A DNA stretch of 64,000 nt from Lysobacterales bacterium (GTDB lineage: Bacteria; Pseudomonadota; Gammaproteobacteria; Xanthomonadales; SZUA-5), in assembly GCA_022844165.1 (NCBI GenBank), contig JALHMH010000014.1, positions 51,125-115,124 on the forward strand, in the 5' to 3' direction. Position numbers and translations under genes: made by a program. Below, one piece after another: positions 39,749 to 48,789 of this stretch. Under the pieces are notes generated by a model, which did no database searches, was not told where the DNA came from, and saw nothing but the letters and a program-made list of their open reading frames with translations. Numbering within the stretch: position 1 is the stretch's first letter; each line of letters begins with the position of its first letter.

Positions 39749-42700
39749 TTGACTATTTCCGCACCTCTGGTGCGAACCAGGGAGGGTTCGCTCATGGATC
39801 GAGCATGCAAGCCGGGGCATGGCTTTCGCCGATGGGTTGCCGACACGCGACAACAGTGTTCGGGCAATGTGCTTTTGTGTTCGAATGATGCGATTCCCTG
39901 TCGGAGTGGGTTCTTGTCGATTGAGTCAAGCCTTTTCGGACTGCGGCTGTTGGTCCTGTCGTTTCTGGTCTCGATCGTTGGCACTTCGAGCGCAGACGTG
40001 CTGGTCGTTGACGATGTGGCAGAGACTGGATTGGAGCGTGGGGACCGCATCGTCGAGTTGATCGGTTCGGGCATGCGTTGGCCTGTCGCTGATCCGCTTG
40101 CGTTTGAGCTGGCGTGGTTGGAGTGCTCCGCGCAGCGAGCGTGCAGGATCGAAATCGAGCGCGACGGCCGGCGCGAATCCCGCGCGCTTTGGATGGCGAG
40201 TGTTCCGGTGAAGGTTGCCGGCGATCCGCAGATTGATACGCTGGACGAGAGCGAACTGAGCCGTCTGGCTGCCAAATATCTCACCGAGGGCAAACGCGGC
40301 ACGGCCGCCTGGTACCAATTGCGGCGGGCCGAACGTGCCTTGCATTCTGCAGATCTGTCGGGTGCGGAAATGGCAGTGGGCGACGCCGCAGCCGCGGTGA
40401 CCGATCCGAACTTAGGATCGCTTGTGCGGATCGAGTTTGCGCGATTGCTTCTCAGCCATGAACAGACCGGACAGGGCGCTTCGCTGCTCGATGAGTTGTC
40501 GTCCATGACATTGCCGCTGGCGCTTGGCGCGCGCGTCGTGCGCTTGCGCTGCGGTTTGCACTTTCAACGTTCGGAGCTGACGTTGGCGGAAGCCAAGTTG
40601 CGTGCCATTGCTCATCGTGTGCGCGTCGAGGCTCCTGGGTCGCATCTGTTGGCCGGCCTGTTGAACAGCCTCGCTGTTGTGATTCGCCCGCAAGGACGCA
40701 TCGTTGAATCACGAGCGCTTTTTGATGAGGCGCGCCGAACCGCTGCAGCCTTTGCAGCACCATCGGTGATGGAGGTCATGATCGTGTCCAATATGGCCTT
40801 GCTGGAGCGTGCGGCCGGCGATCTGCCCAAGGCGGAGTCGTTGTTCCATGTGGCGCTGGCGATGCTCGAAAAGCTGCCGCCGCAGCCGGGTCTGCGTTTT
40901 GATACGCAGGCCAATCTGGCGCTGGTGTTGCTCGATCGCGGACGGACACGGGAAGCGGCGGCCATTTGGAACCTGGAGGTTCCAACGAACGATGCGCACG
41001 AGCAGGAACGGAACGCACGCGCCCAACAGAATCTGGCACTGGTCTTTGCCGCGCAAGGCAATCCTCGCGAGGCTGTCCGGCGTATGCGCATGTCGGTAGA
41101 CCATTGGCGGGTTGCCGCACCAGACTCCATCGAAGAAGCGAATGCGCGCCTGGATCTGGGCACCTTCTCCGTGGATATCGGCGCGTTTGACGAGGCACGC
41201 GAGGCGCTGGCTGAAGCACTGCGATTGCACCGCACGATCGCGCCGCAAGGCACAGGCGTGATCAATAGCTACGACGCTTTGGCGACATTGGCGCTCGCCA
41301 GGGACGATGCGAAGCGCGCCGAGCACTGGCAACGCCGGGCTCTGGCGCTGAGAAATCGAAGCGAACAGGCTGGATGGCGGCGCGACACTGCATTGACGCA
41401 ATTGGCACAGGCGCTGCACCAGCAAGGCAACAGCGATGCTGCACTCACGGCGCTGACCGAGGCGCAAGCGCATGCAAAGAGCACGGGTCGCGATGCGATG
41501 CTGGCCAATGCGTTGACGCTTCGCGGCGAGGTACTCATGGCACGTGGCGAGTCGGCTGCCGCGCGAACTGCGGCATGCGACGCGGTCGAGCGCATCGAAT
41601 TGCTGCGGGGAACCTCGCCCAGTGGCGCCGAGTTCCGGGCGCCGTTCACGCATCAGGCGGCTCCTATCTATCGGCGCTGCATGGATGCCGCGCTCGCCGT
41701 GGGCGATGTATCGGCGGTACTGGGCAACTACCAACGCGAGCGTCGTGGCGTTCTTCAAGCACTGCTCGTCGATCGCGATTTGCGATTTCGAGAACTGCCC
41801 GAGGGCCTGGCCAATGAACGCGGCGCGGCGCTCGCTGAACTTCAGCGCATCAGTGCGCAACTCGATACCGCGACCGAGAATCAGATTGCGGACCTGAAGC
41901 AACAGCGCGCCCGCGCCCGGGCGCAATTGAGACGTATCGATGAACGCATCGCAGTCGCGGTTCCGCAATTGCAACCATGGAGCGCTGAGGCTGCAGCGGC
42001 GCCGGCTCGGGCACCGGCGGGCCACACGGTGATTGCCTATTCCGTTGGCAAGACCGATACGCTGCGGATCGTGCTTAGCGACGGTTCGCCGCGCATCGAT
42101 CGATTGCCGATCGCGTCGGCTGATATCGAAAACAACGTCGCCGCTTGGCGGCAGGCCGTACTGCGTGGCGCGGCGAACGAACCTGCCCTGGCGCGGACGC
42201 TCCACCAGAGTCTGCTCAGTGGGCTCAAGACCGAGAAGACGCTGGTGGTCGTGCCCGATGGCGCGCTGCATCGGCTGCCCTTTGCAGCGCTGCTCGCACC
42301 GGACGGCCGGCGCTTGATCGAGGATCACTTTCTTGCCCTTGCGTCATTGCTGCCCGGAGAATCGCCGTGCGCGAAACCTTGTGGCGAGCGCGCTGGCATC
42401 GACCTGCTTGCGTTCGCCGAAGGGTCGGCTGTGGCCGGGCGCAACGCCCTGCCTGGCGTGGACATTGAGGTCGACGGTCTGCGCAAGCTCGGTTGGCCGC
42501 GAGTAGAAGTCCTTCGTGGGCCAGCGGCAACCGCCGACGCCTTGTTTCGCGAGGGCCCCAACGCTCGGCGCTTGCATTTTGCCGCCCATGGCGTAAACGA
42601 CGCGGCGTCGCCCATGGACAGCGCTTTAATGCTGCGATCCGGGGCTGCCGTGCAACCGTTGGCGGTTTGGCGCATTTTCGAAGAACTGCGACTCGACGCT

Positions 42701-43057
42701 GAACTGGTTGTTCTTGCGGCCTGCGACACGGCGCCTGGTCTGGCAGAGCGCGACGACGGGTGGCTTGGCCTGACGCGGGCCTTTCAATTTGCCGGCGCCG
42801 CGCAGGTTATCAGCGCGCTTTGGCCCGTTGGCGACCACAGTACGGCTGCCTTGATGGCCGGATTCCATCGCCATCTCGCTGCGGGCGCCGCGCCCGCCGA
42901 AGCGCTGGCGAAAAGCCAACGGGAGGCAATGGGCGCGGTCGAATCGATTGCCGAAGCTGCGCGCGGCGTTGGTGGTGTGAGCCCGGTTCGGCCGAGGTCG
43001 AAAGTCGGCTCGTGGGCCGCGTTCCACGTCTACTGGGCGCCGGATCGGTTGCAGTAA
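39749..43057 (+). CDS. TPR-repeat CHAT-domain (caspase-like) protease; true start probably downstream (~39950)
   Basis: TPR-like repeats (LNSLAV, SNMAL, QNLAL); VPDGALHRLPFAAL, HFAAHG, LVVLAACDT, LTRAFQFAGA, ALWPV.D. Confidence 0.88.
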   Translation: MTISAPLVRTREGSLMDRACKPGHGFRRWVADTRQQCSGNVLLCSNDAIPCRSGFLSIESSLFGLRLLVLSFLVSIVGTSSADVLVVDDVAETGLERGDRIVELIGSGMRWPVADPLAFELAWLECSAQRACRIEIERDGRRESRALWMASVPVKVAGDPQIDTLDESELSRLAAKYLTEGKRGTAAWYQLRRAERALHSADLSGAEMAVGDAAAAVTDPNLGSLVRIEFARLLLSHEQTGQGASLLDELSSMTLPLALGARVVRLRCGLHFQRSELTLAEAKLRAIAHRVRVEAPGSHLLAGLLNSLAVVIRPQGRIVESRALFDEARRTAAAFAAPSVMEVMIVSNMALLERAAGDLPKAESLFHVALAMLEKLPPQPGLRFDTQANLALVLLDRGRTREAAAIWNLEVPTNDAHEQERNARAQQNLALVFAAQGNPREAVRRMRMSVDHWRVAAPDSIEEANARLDLGTFSVDIGAFDEAREALAEALRLHRTIAPQGTGVINSYDALATLALARDDAKRAEHWQRRALALRNRSEQAGWRRDTALTQLAQALHQQGNSDAALTALTEAQAHAKSTGRDAMLANALTLRGEVLMARGESAAARTAACDAVERIELLRGTSPSGAEFRAPFTHQAAPIYRRCMDAALAVGDVSAVLGNYQRERRGVLQALLVDRDLRFRELPEGLANERGAALAELQRISAQLDTATENQIADLKQQRARARAQLRRIDERIAVAVPQLQPWSAEAAAAPARAPAGHTVIAYSVGKTDTLRIVLSDGSPRIDRLPIASADIENNVAAWRQAVLRGAANEPALARTLHQSLLSGLKTEKTLVVVPDGALHRLPFAALLAPDGRRLIEDHFLALASLLPGESPCAKPCGERAGIDLLAFAEGSAVAGRNALPGVDIEVDGLRKLGWPRVEVLRGPAATADALFREGPNARRLHFAAHGVNDAASPMDSALMLRSGAAVQPLAVWRIFEELRLDAELVVLAACDTAPGLAERDDGWLGLTRAFQFAGAAQVISALWPVGDHSTAALMAGFHRHLAAGAAPAEALAKSQREAMGAVESIAEAARGVGGVSPVRPRSKVGSWAAFHVYWAPDRLQ

Positions 43058-43094
43058 GAGCTGCGCTTCAATCCCGGTCGATTTCTGGGCGCGG

Positions 43095-43949
43095 TCAGCT
43101 CCGCTTCGCCAGATACGTCGCAAAGAGCCCTGCGGTGATAAACATGATGAGCGAATACACCGCCGCCGGCACACTCATCGCCGAGGAGCCGAGCACCGTG
43201 AGCGCGATATAGATCGCAAGCGTGCCATTGTGTACCCCGATTTCCATTGCGATCGCCGTGGCCTGGCGCTTCGGCAGATTCGCGGCGAGCGGCGCGAAGT
43301 AGCCTGCGCCCATGCTGATCAGGTTGAACAGCAGACACGCCAAACCGACCTGCGCAAAATAGGTTGGCATCGTGTCCCACTCCTGGTACACCGACCACGC
43401 GACCAGCGCGACGAGCAAAAAGACGCTCAGGATCTTGAGCGGCTTCTCGGCGCCGGCTGCGATGCGGGGCAGTTGCGCGCGAATGATCATGCCGATGATG
43501 ACCGGAATGACAATGATCAGCCCGACCTCGATGACCTTGCGGAACGGTGGCGGAACATACTGATCGGAGTTCATGAACCAGGCGAGCGCGAACTGCACGA
43601 TCAGTGGCAATGTGAGCAGACAGAGCATGCTGTTGATGGCAGTCAACGTAATGTTCAGCGCCACATCGCCTTTGGCAAGATGACTGAATACATTCGCCGT
43701 TGCGCCACCGGGAGAGGCCGCCAGCAGCATCAAGCCCACTGCCAATTCCGGCGGCAATCCGAGAGCGATCGCCAAACCGAAAGCGACTGTCGTCAGCAGC
43801 AGCATTTGCACCGCCAACCCGATCAACACCGCTTTGGGATACACCACCACACGCTTGAAGTCGGCGACGGACAGGTCCAGCCCCAGGCCAAACATGATGA
43901 AGCCCAATGCGAGCGGAAGTAAGAGCGTGGTAACGATCGTTTCTTGCAT
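43095..43949 (-). CDS. Bile acid:sodium symporter (BASS) family transporter
   Basis: IMFGLGL, PGGATAN.FSHLAKGDVAL, MEIGVHNGTLA. Confidence 0.92.
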   Translation of the reverse strand: MQETIVTTLLLPLALGFIMFGLGLDLSVADFKRVVVYPKAVLIGLAVQMLLLTTVAFGLAIALGLPPELAVGLMLLAASPGGATANVFSHLAKGDVALNITLTAINSMLCLLTLPLIVQFALAWFMNSDQYVPPPFRKVIEVGLIIVIPVIIGMIIRAQLPRIAAGAEKPLKILSVFLLVALVAWSVYQEWDTMPTYFAQVGLACLLFNLISMGAGYFAPLAANLPKRQATAIAMEIGVHNGTLAIYIALTVLGSSAMSVPAAVYSLIMFITAGLFATYLAKRS

Positions 43950-44216
43950 GGCAGGAATCCTGAGCTTGCAGACCGAATGGCGGAGAGCGACCGCTGAACG
44001 CGAACGCTCGCACTCTAGCGGACGATGCAGCCGCCGGGTCAATGTTCTTCGTCAGCAAGGCTCGATACGAAACGCGTGTCGGTGGCAAATTTGTGCCAGC
44101 GGTGTGGGTCGGACTTCCGGTCGGAAGGAATGCGAACACACCTCATGGCGCGGAATCCACCGACAAGCGCCAGGCTTCCAGGCGGTGCGCGCCCAAGATG
44201 GCGCGAGCCGACGAGA

Positions 44217-44984
44217 TCATTTCGGCACGAAGCGCCGCGTTATCAGGTGCACCAGCAGCGCAACCGCTAATGCCAGCGAAAACGCTGCGGCGATGCCCAG
44301 CTCAGCCAGCGTCGACGCCAGAACGGCGCAAAAGCAGGCAAACGAGAAATAGCCCCAGACCATCCCGCGCAGCAGCCGTGTCGCAAATGGACCGCCCGAT
44401 TGCCGGTGCGAAAAACCCACCAGCACGGTACTCATCACCGGAAACATTGCCAACAGGCCGCTCAAGCGCGGGCCCAGGTGCGCAGCACCCCAGGTCACCA
44501 CCAGCACCAGCGCCGTGGCGCTTCCAAGGCGCCAGGGCAGGTCGCTGGTCGCGGTCCTGCCAGTGATCCAGCGCGGCACGCTGGGAAACGCCAGCGGCAC
44601 CAGCAGCAGCGCCGCGATGACGCAGACGAAGGACTCCGTCAAGCTGGTATCCAGCTGTCGCAACCCGAGCACCGCCAGCGCGTACAGGCAAAGGGCAATA
44701 AACATGCAGTCTGGCCAGTGCCGTCGCTGCGCCGCCCACGCATAGGCGAGGTTGAACACCAGAATCGCCAGCACGGCGAGCAGGGTGCCGTGCGCCGCCG
44801 TCGCGGCAAAGGGCGTGCCCTGTTCCAGCGCGATGATCAGCAGGATCGGCCCGGACAGAATTGGAAACGCCGATAGCCAACCGGCCACATCCGGACCCCA
44901 GCGGCGACCGGCCAGCGTCACGCCGAGGATCAGCATCGGCACCAGGAGCAGCTTCATCAACAGCAACATCGTCACAGCGGCCAC
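44217..44984 (-). CDS. Uncharacterised multi-pass membrane protein with an internal two-fold repeat
   Basis: Hydrophobic; repeated GP..[AS]G.L..FP motifs (WGPDVAGWLSAFP / LGPRLSGLLAMFP). Confidence 0.7.
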   Translation of the reverse strand: MAAVTMLLLMKLLLVPMLILGVTLAGRRWGPDVAGWLSAFPILSGPILLIIALEQGTPFAATAAHGTLLAVLAILVFNLAYAWAAQRRHWPDCMFIALCLYALAVLGLRQLDTSLTESFVCVIAALLLVPLAFPSVPRWITGRTATSDLPWRLGSATALVLVVTWGAAHLGPRLSGLLAMFPVMSTVLVGFSHRQSGGPFATRLLRGMVWGYFSFACFCAVLASTLAELGIAAAFSLALAVALLVHLITRRFVPK

Positions 44985-45090
44985 TCCAGGTCAGGCGATT
45001 GCCGTAGCAGTCGAGGACAGCGATCGCTCACCAGCCAGTCGGCGAACATACGCTTTTCGATTCACGGCTGCGTTTCGCGAGAGCGCGACG

Positions 45091-48000
45091 TTACGCCGCC
45101 CGCTTCGCCTCCGCCGGTTTTTTCCAGATCGCCATCAGTTCCTCCCAGCGCTGCCGCGCTTTGTGCACGTGCGCTTCTTTGACGTGCCCGTAGCCGCGGA
45201 TGTGTTCGGGGATCGCAGCGATCTCGCTGGCGAGTTTGATGTTCTGGTGATCGATGTTGCCGATCAACTCTTCGATGCAGCGGATGTAGTCGGCGAGCAG
45301 CTGGCGCTCCATCTTGCGTTCGTCGGTGCGGCTGAACAGGTCGAACCAGGCACCGCGGAAACGCCGAAACCTCGCCATCAGCTTGAAGGCCTTAAATACC
45401 CATGGGCCGAACTCGGATTTCTTGAGTTTGCCATCGGCGTCGCGTTTCGCCAGCAGCGGCGGCGCGAGGTTGAAATGCACGGTGTAGTCGCCATCGAAGG
45501 TCTGCGCCAGGCGCTTCTCGAACTCGCCGGACGAATACAGCCGTGCCACTTCCCACTCGTCCTTGATCGCCATCAGTTTGTACAAATACCTGGCCACCGC
45601 CGTCGTGAGCGCCTGGCTACCCGGCGCCTTGCGCTGCTCGGCGGCGCGCACCTCATTGACGAGGTGCGTGTACCGCGCGGCGTAGGCGGCGTCCTGGTAA
45701 TCGGTCAGGAAGGCCACGCGGCGCGCGATGATCTCGTCCAAAGATTCGGCGATGCCAGCATCGCCCCAACTCAGCTGATCGCTGAGCGTGACGGTTTTCA
45801 CCGGCAACAGTTTCGGCTGGTCCAATCCGGCGGCCTGGCGCACGGCTTTGAGGTCGTGTGCGGCGAGACGTCCCCAGCCGAACGCAGTCTTGTTCATCTC
45901 GATCGCCGCGCCGTTCAATTCGACGGCGCGCATGAGCGCGTCCAGGCTCACCGGCACAAGGCCCTTTTGCCACGCGTATCCAAGCACGAACAAATTGGTC
46001 GCGATCGAATCGCCCATCAGGTTGGTGGCAATCGTCGTTGCGTCGACGACGTCCAGGTTTTTGTGGTTGAGTGCCAGGCCAATCGCGTCGAGCATTTCCT
46101 TGAGCGGAAACTGCATGTCTGGATTGCGCGTAAAGCTGCCCGGATAGCTCTGGTAGTCGTTGATTACCGCATGCGTGCGCGACTCGCGAATCTTGCTGAG
46201 AGCCCAGTAGTCGTTGACCACCACCACATCGCAGCCGATCACCAGATCCGCCTCGCCCGCGGCGATGCGCACCGCGTGCAAGTCAGCGGGTTTCCCGGCG
46301 ATGCGCACATGGCAGGTCACCGCGCCACCTTTTTGCGCCAGCCCGGTTTGGTCGAGCACCGACACGCCTTTGCCTTCGAGGTGCGCGGCCATGCCGAGCA
46401 GGGCGCCGATGGTGACCACGCCCGTGCCGCCGACGCCAGTAATCAGCACATTCCAAGGCTCGCGCAAATCGCTCTTGATGGCAGGGAGCGGCAACCGATC
46501 GACATCGAGTTTACCGCCCGAACCGCGGCTCTTCTTGAGCTGCCCGCCGTGGATCGTAACGAAGCTTGGGCAGAAGCCCTTGACGCAGGAAAAATCCTTG
46601 TTGCACGAGCTTTGATCGATCGCGCGCTTGCGACCGAACTCGGTCTCGACGGGCACAATCGACACGCAGTTCGACTGCACGCCGCAATCGCCGCAGCCCT
46701 CGCACACGGCTTGGTTGATGAAGGTGCGCTTGGGCGGATCGATCATCAGTTTACGCTTGCGGCGGCGGCGCTTTTCCGCCGCGCAGGTCTGTTCGTAGAT
46801 GAGTACGGTCACGCCCTGAACATCGCGCAGCTCCCGCTGCACGCGATCGAGCTCGTCGCGATGTTCCAGCGACACGCCGTGGCCCGAGAGTTCCGAGTTT
46901 CCGCGGTACTTGTCCGGGTCATCCGAAAGCAGCCAGATCTTCTTGACGCCCTCGGCATACACCTGCTTGATCAGATCCTCGACGCTCAGCGTGCCATCGA
47001 CCGGTTGCCCGCCGGTCATCGCCACCGCGTCGTTGTAGAGAATCTTGAAGGTGATGTTGACTTTGGCGGCGACGCAGGCGCGGATCGCCAAGGACCCGGA
47101 ATGGAAGTAGGTTCCGTCGCCTAAATTCTGGAAGATGTGCTGCGTTTCGGTAAACGCCGCTTGGCCGATCCACGGCACGCCTTCGCCGCCCATTTGCGTG
47201 AAGGTGTCGGTCTTGCGGTCCATCCAGGTGACCATGTAATGGCAACCGATGCCGCCCGCGGCGCGCGAGCCTTCTGGCACCACCGTGGAGGTGTTGTGCG
47301 GGCAGCCTGAGCAGTAGTGCGCGGCGCGCGTGAAGTTCGCGCGCGGCAACGCCAACTCTTTTTCTTTCGCGGCAATCCAGGTCAGGCGCTCTTCGATGCG
47401 CTCGCTGGTGAAGAAGCGCTTCAGGCGCGCGGCGATCACCAGCGCAATCATCGCTGGCGTCAACTCGCCGACGGAGGGCAGCACCCATTTGCCCGATTCG
47501 TCGTACTTGCCGACGATCGACGGGCGAGTTGTGTGCTCCCAGTTGTACATGTGTTCCTTCAACTGCGCTTCGATGAAGGAGCGTTTTTCCTCGACGACGA
47601 TGATGTCTTCCAGGCCATGCGCAAAGGCCTTCAAGCCATCGGGCTCGATCGGCCAGGTCATGCCAACCTTGTACACGCGAATGCCGATATCGCGGCACAT
47701 CTTCTCGTCCAGGCCCAGGTACTCGAGCGCCTGCAGCACGTCCAGGTAACTCTTGCCAGTCGTGACGATGCCCAGGCGTGCTTTGGGCGAGTCGAACACC
47801 ACGCGGTCGATGCCATTGGCCTTGGCGAACGCCAGCGCCGCATGCATTGCGTACTGGTGCAGGCGCATTTCCTGGTTCATGGGCGGATCCGGCCAGCGGA
47901 TGTTGAGTCCGCCAGCGGGCATCGCAAAATCGCTGGGAATGACGATGTCGAGCTGATGCGGATCGACATTCACCGATGCGCTCGATTCCACCGTTTCGGC

Positions 48001-48618
48001 GATGGTTTTAAAGCCCACCCAGCGCCCGGTGAAACGGCTCATCGCCCAGCCCAGCAGGCCCATGTCCAGAATGTCCTGGACACCCGCCGGATTGAGGATC
48101 GGCATCATCGCCGAGATGAATTCGTGTTCCGATTGGTGGGGCAGGGTGGAAGAGCGACAGGCGTGATCGTCGCCCGCCAGCACCAGCACGCCGCCATGTT
48201 TGCTACTGCCCGCTGCATTGCCGTGCTTAAATACGTCGCCGGTACGATCGACGCCAGGCCCTTTGCCGTACCACATCGCGAACACGCCATCGTACTTGGC
48301 GCCTGGGAACAGATTGACCTGCTGGCTACCCCAAACAGCAGTGGCTGCCAGGTCTTCGTTCAAGCCGGCAACGAACTCGACACTGGAGGCTTTCAAGTGT
48401 TTGCGCGCGCTCCATAACGCCTGATCCAATCCACCGAGTGGCGAGCCGCGATAGCCAGAGACGAAGCCGGCGGTGCTCAAACCCAGCGCGCGGTCGCGCA
48501 TTTTCTGCATCAGCGGCAGGCGGACCAGGGCTTGCACGCCGGAGAGGTAAATGCGTCCGGTGCTGCGTGTGTACTTGTGATCGAGCGTGTACTCGCGATC
48601 GAGGATTGATGTAGCCAT
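45091..48618 (-). CDS. Fused indolepyruvate:ferredoxin oxidoreductase family protein
   Basis: SGYRGSPLG, NEDLAATA, YCSGCPHN, TPP motif GDGT, CEGCGDC..SNC, GVGGTGV, KDEWEVARL. Confidence 0.93.
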   Translation of the reverse strand: MATSILDREYTLDHKYTRSTGRIYLSGVQALVRLPLMQKMRDRALGLSTAGFVSGYRGSPLGGLDQALWSARKHLKASSVEFVAGLNEDLAATAVWGSQQVNLFPGAKYDGVFAMWYGKGPGVDRTGDVFKHGNAAGSSKHGGVLVLAGDDHACRSSTLPHQSEHEFISAMMPILNPAGVQDILDMGLLGWAMSRFTGRWVGFKTIAETVESSASVNVDPHQLDIVIPSDFAMPAGGLNIRWPDPPMNQEMRLHQYAMHAALAFAKANGIDRVVFDSPKARLGIVTTGKSYLDVLQALEYLGLDEKMCRDIGIRVYKVGMTWPIEPDGLKAFAHGLEDIIVVEEKRSFIEAQLKEHMYNWEHTTRPSIVGKYDESGKWVLPSVGELTPAMIALVIAARLKRFFTSERIEERLTWIAAKEKELALPRANFTRAAHYCSGCPHNTSTVVPEGSRAAGGIGCHYMVTWMDRKTDTFTQMGGEGVPWIGQAAFTETQHIFQNLGDGTYFHSGSLAIRACVAAKVNITFKILYNDAVAMTGGQPVDGTLSVEDLIKQVYAEGVKKIWLLSDDPDKYRGNSELSGHGVSLEHRDELDRVQRELRDVQGVTVLIYEQTCAAEKRRRRKRKLMIDPPKRTFINQAVCEGCGDCGVQSNCVSIVPVETEFGRKRAIDQSSCNKDFSCVKGFCPSFVTIHGGQLKKSRGSGGKLDVDRLPLPAIKSDLREPWNVLITGVGGTGVVTIGALLGMAAHLEGKGVSVLDQTGLAQKGGAVTCHVRIAGKPADLHAVRIAAGEADLVIGCDVVVVNDYWALSKIRESRTHAVINDYQSYPGSFTRNPDMQFPLKEMLDAIGLALNHKNLDVVDATTIATNLMGDSIATNLFVLGYAWQKGLVPVSLDALMRAVELNGAAIEMNKTAFGWGRLAAHDLKAVRQAAGLDQPKLLPVKTVTLSDQLSWGDAGIAESLDEIIARRVAFLTDYQDAAYAARYTHLVNEVRAAEQRKAPGSQALTTAVARYLYKLMAIKDEWEVARLYSSGEFEKRLAQTFDGDYTVHFNLAPPLLAKRDADGKLKKSEFGPWVFKAFKLMARFRRFRGAWFDLFSRTDERKMERQLLADYIRCIEELIGNIDHQNIKLASEIAAIPEHIRGYGHVKEAHVHKARQRWEELMAIWKKPAEAKRAA

Positions 48619-48789
48619 GGCTGCCTCGGCTTTGGCACAAAAAGGAACGACGCAGTATTCATGGAATGAGTGGTAAGTGCGATGGGTGGGCGCCAGCCAG
48701 GACTCTGCCGACAGCGCCCCGGCGCAAGCCGATAGAATCTGGCTGGACTTGGGCAACTCCCCTCAAGTTGCCGCCTGACAGGATGACTG

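Noticed and set aside
44083-44098. TGGCACAAATTTGC on the - strand as a sigma54 promoter for the BASS gene
   Set aside because: GG-to-GC spacing is 9 nt rather than the required 10. The TGGCA-N6-TGCCA palindrome could still be an operator but has no support.
44752-47124. 790-aa ORF on the + strand
   Set aside because: Antisense shadow of the oxidoreductase gene, expected from high-GC codon bias; no motifs.
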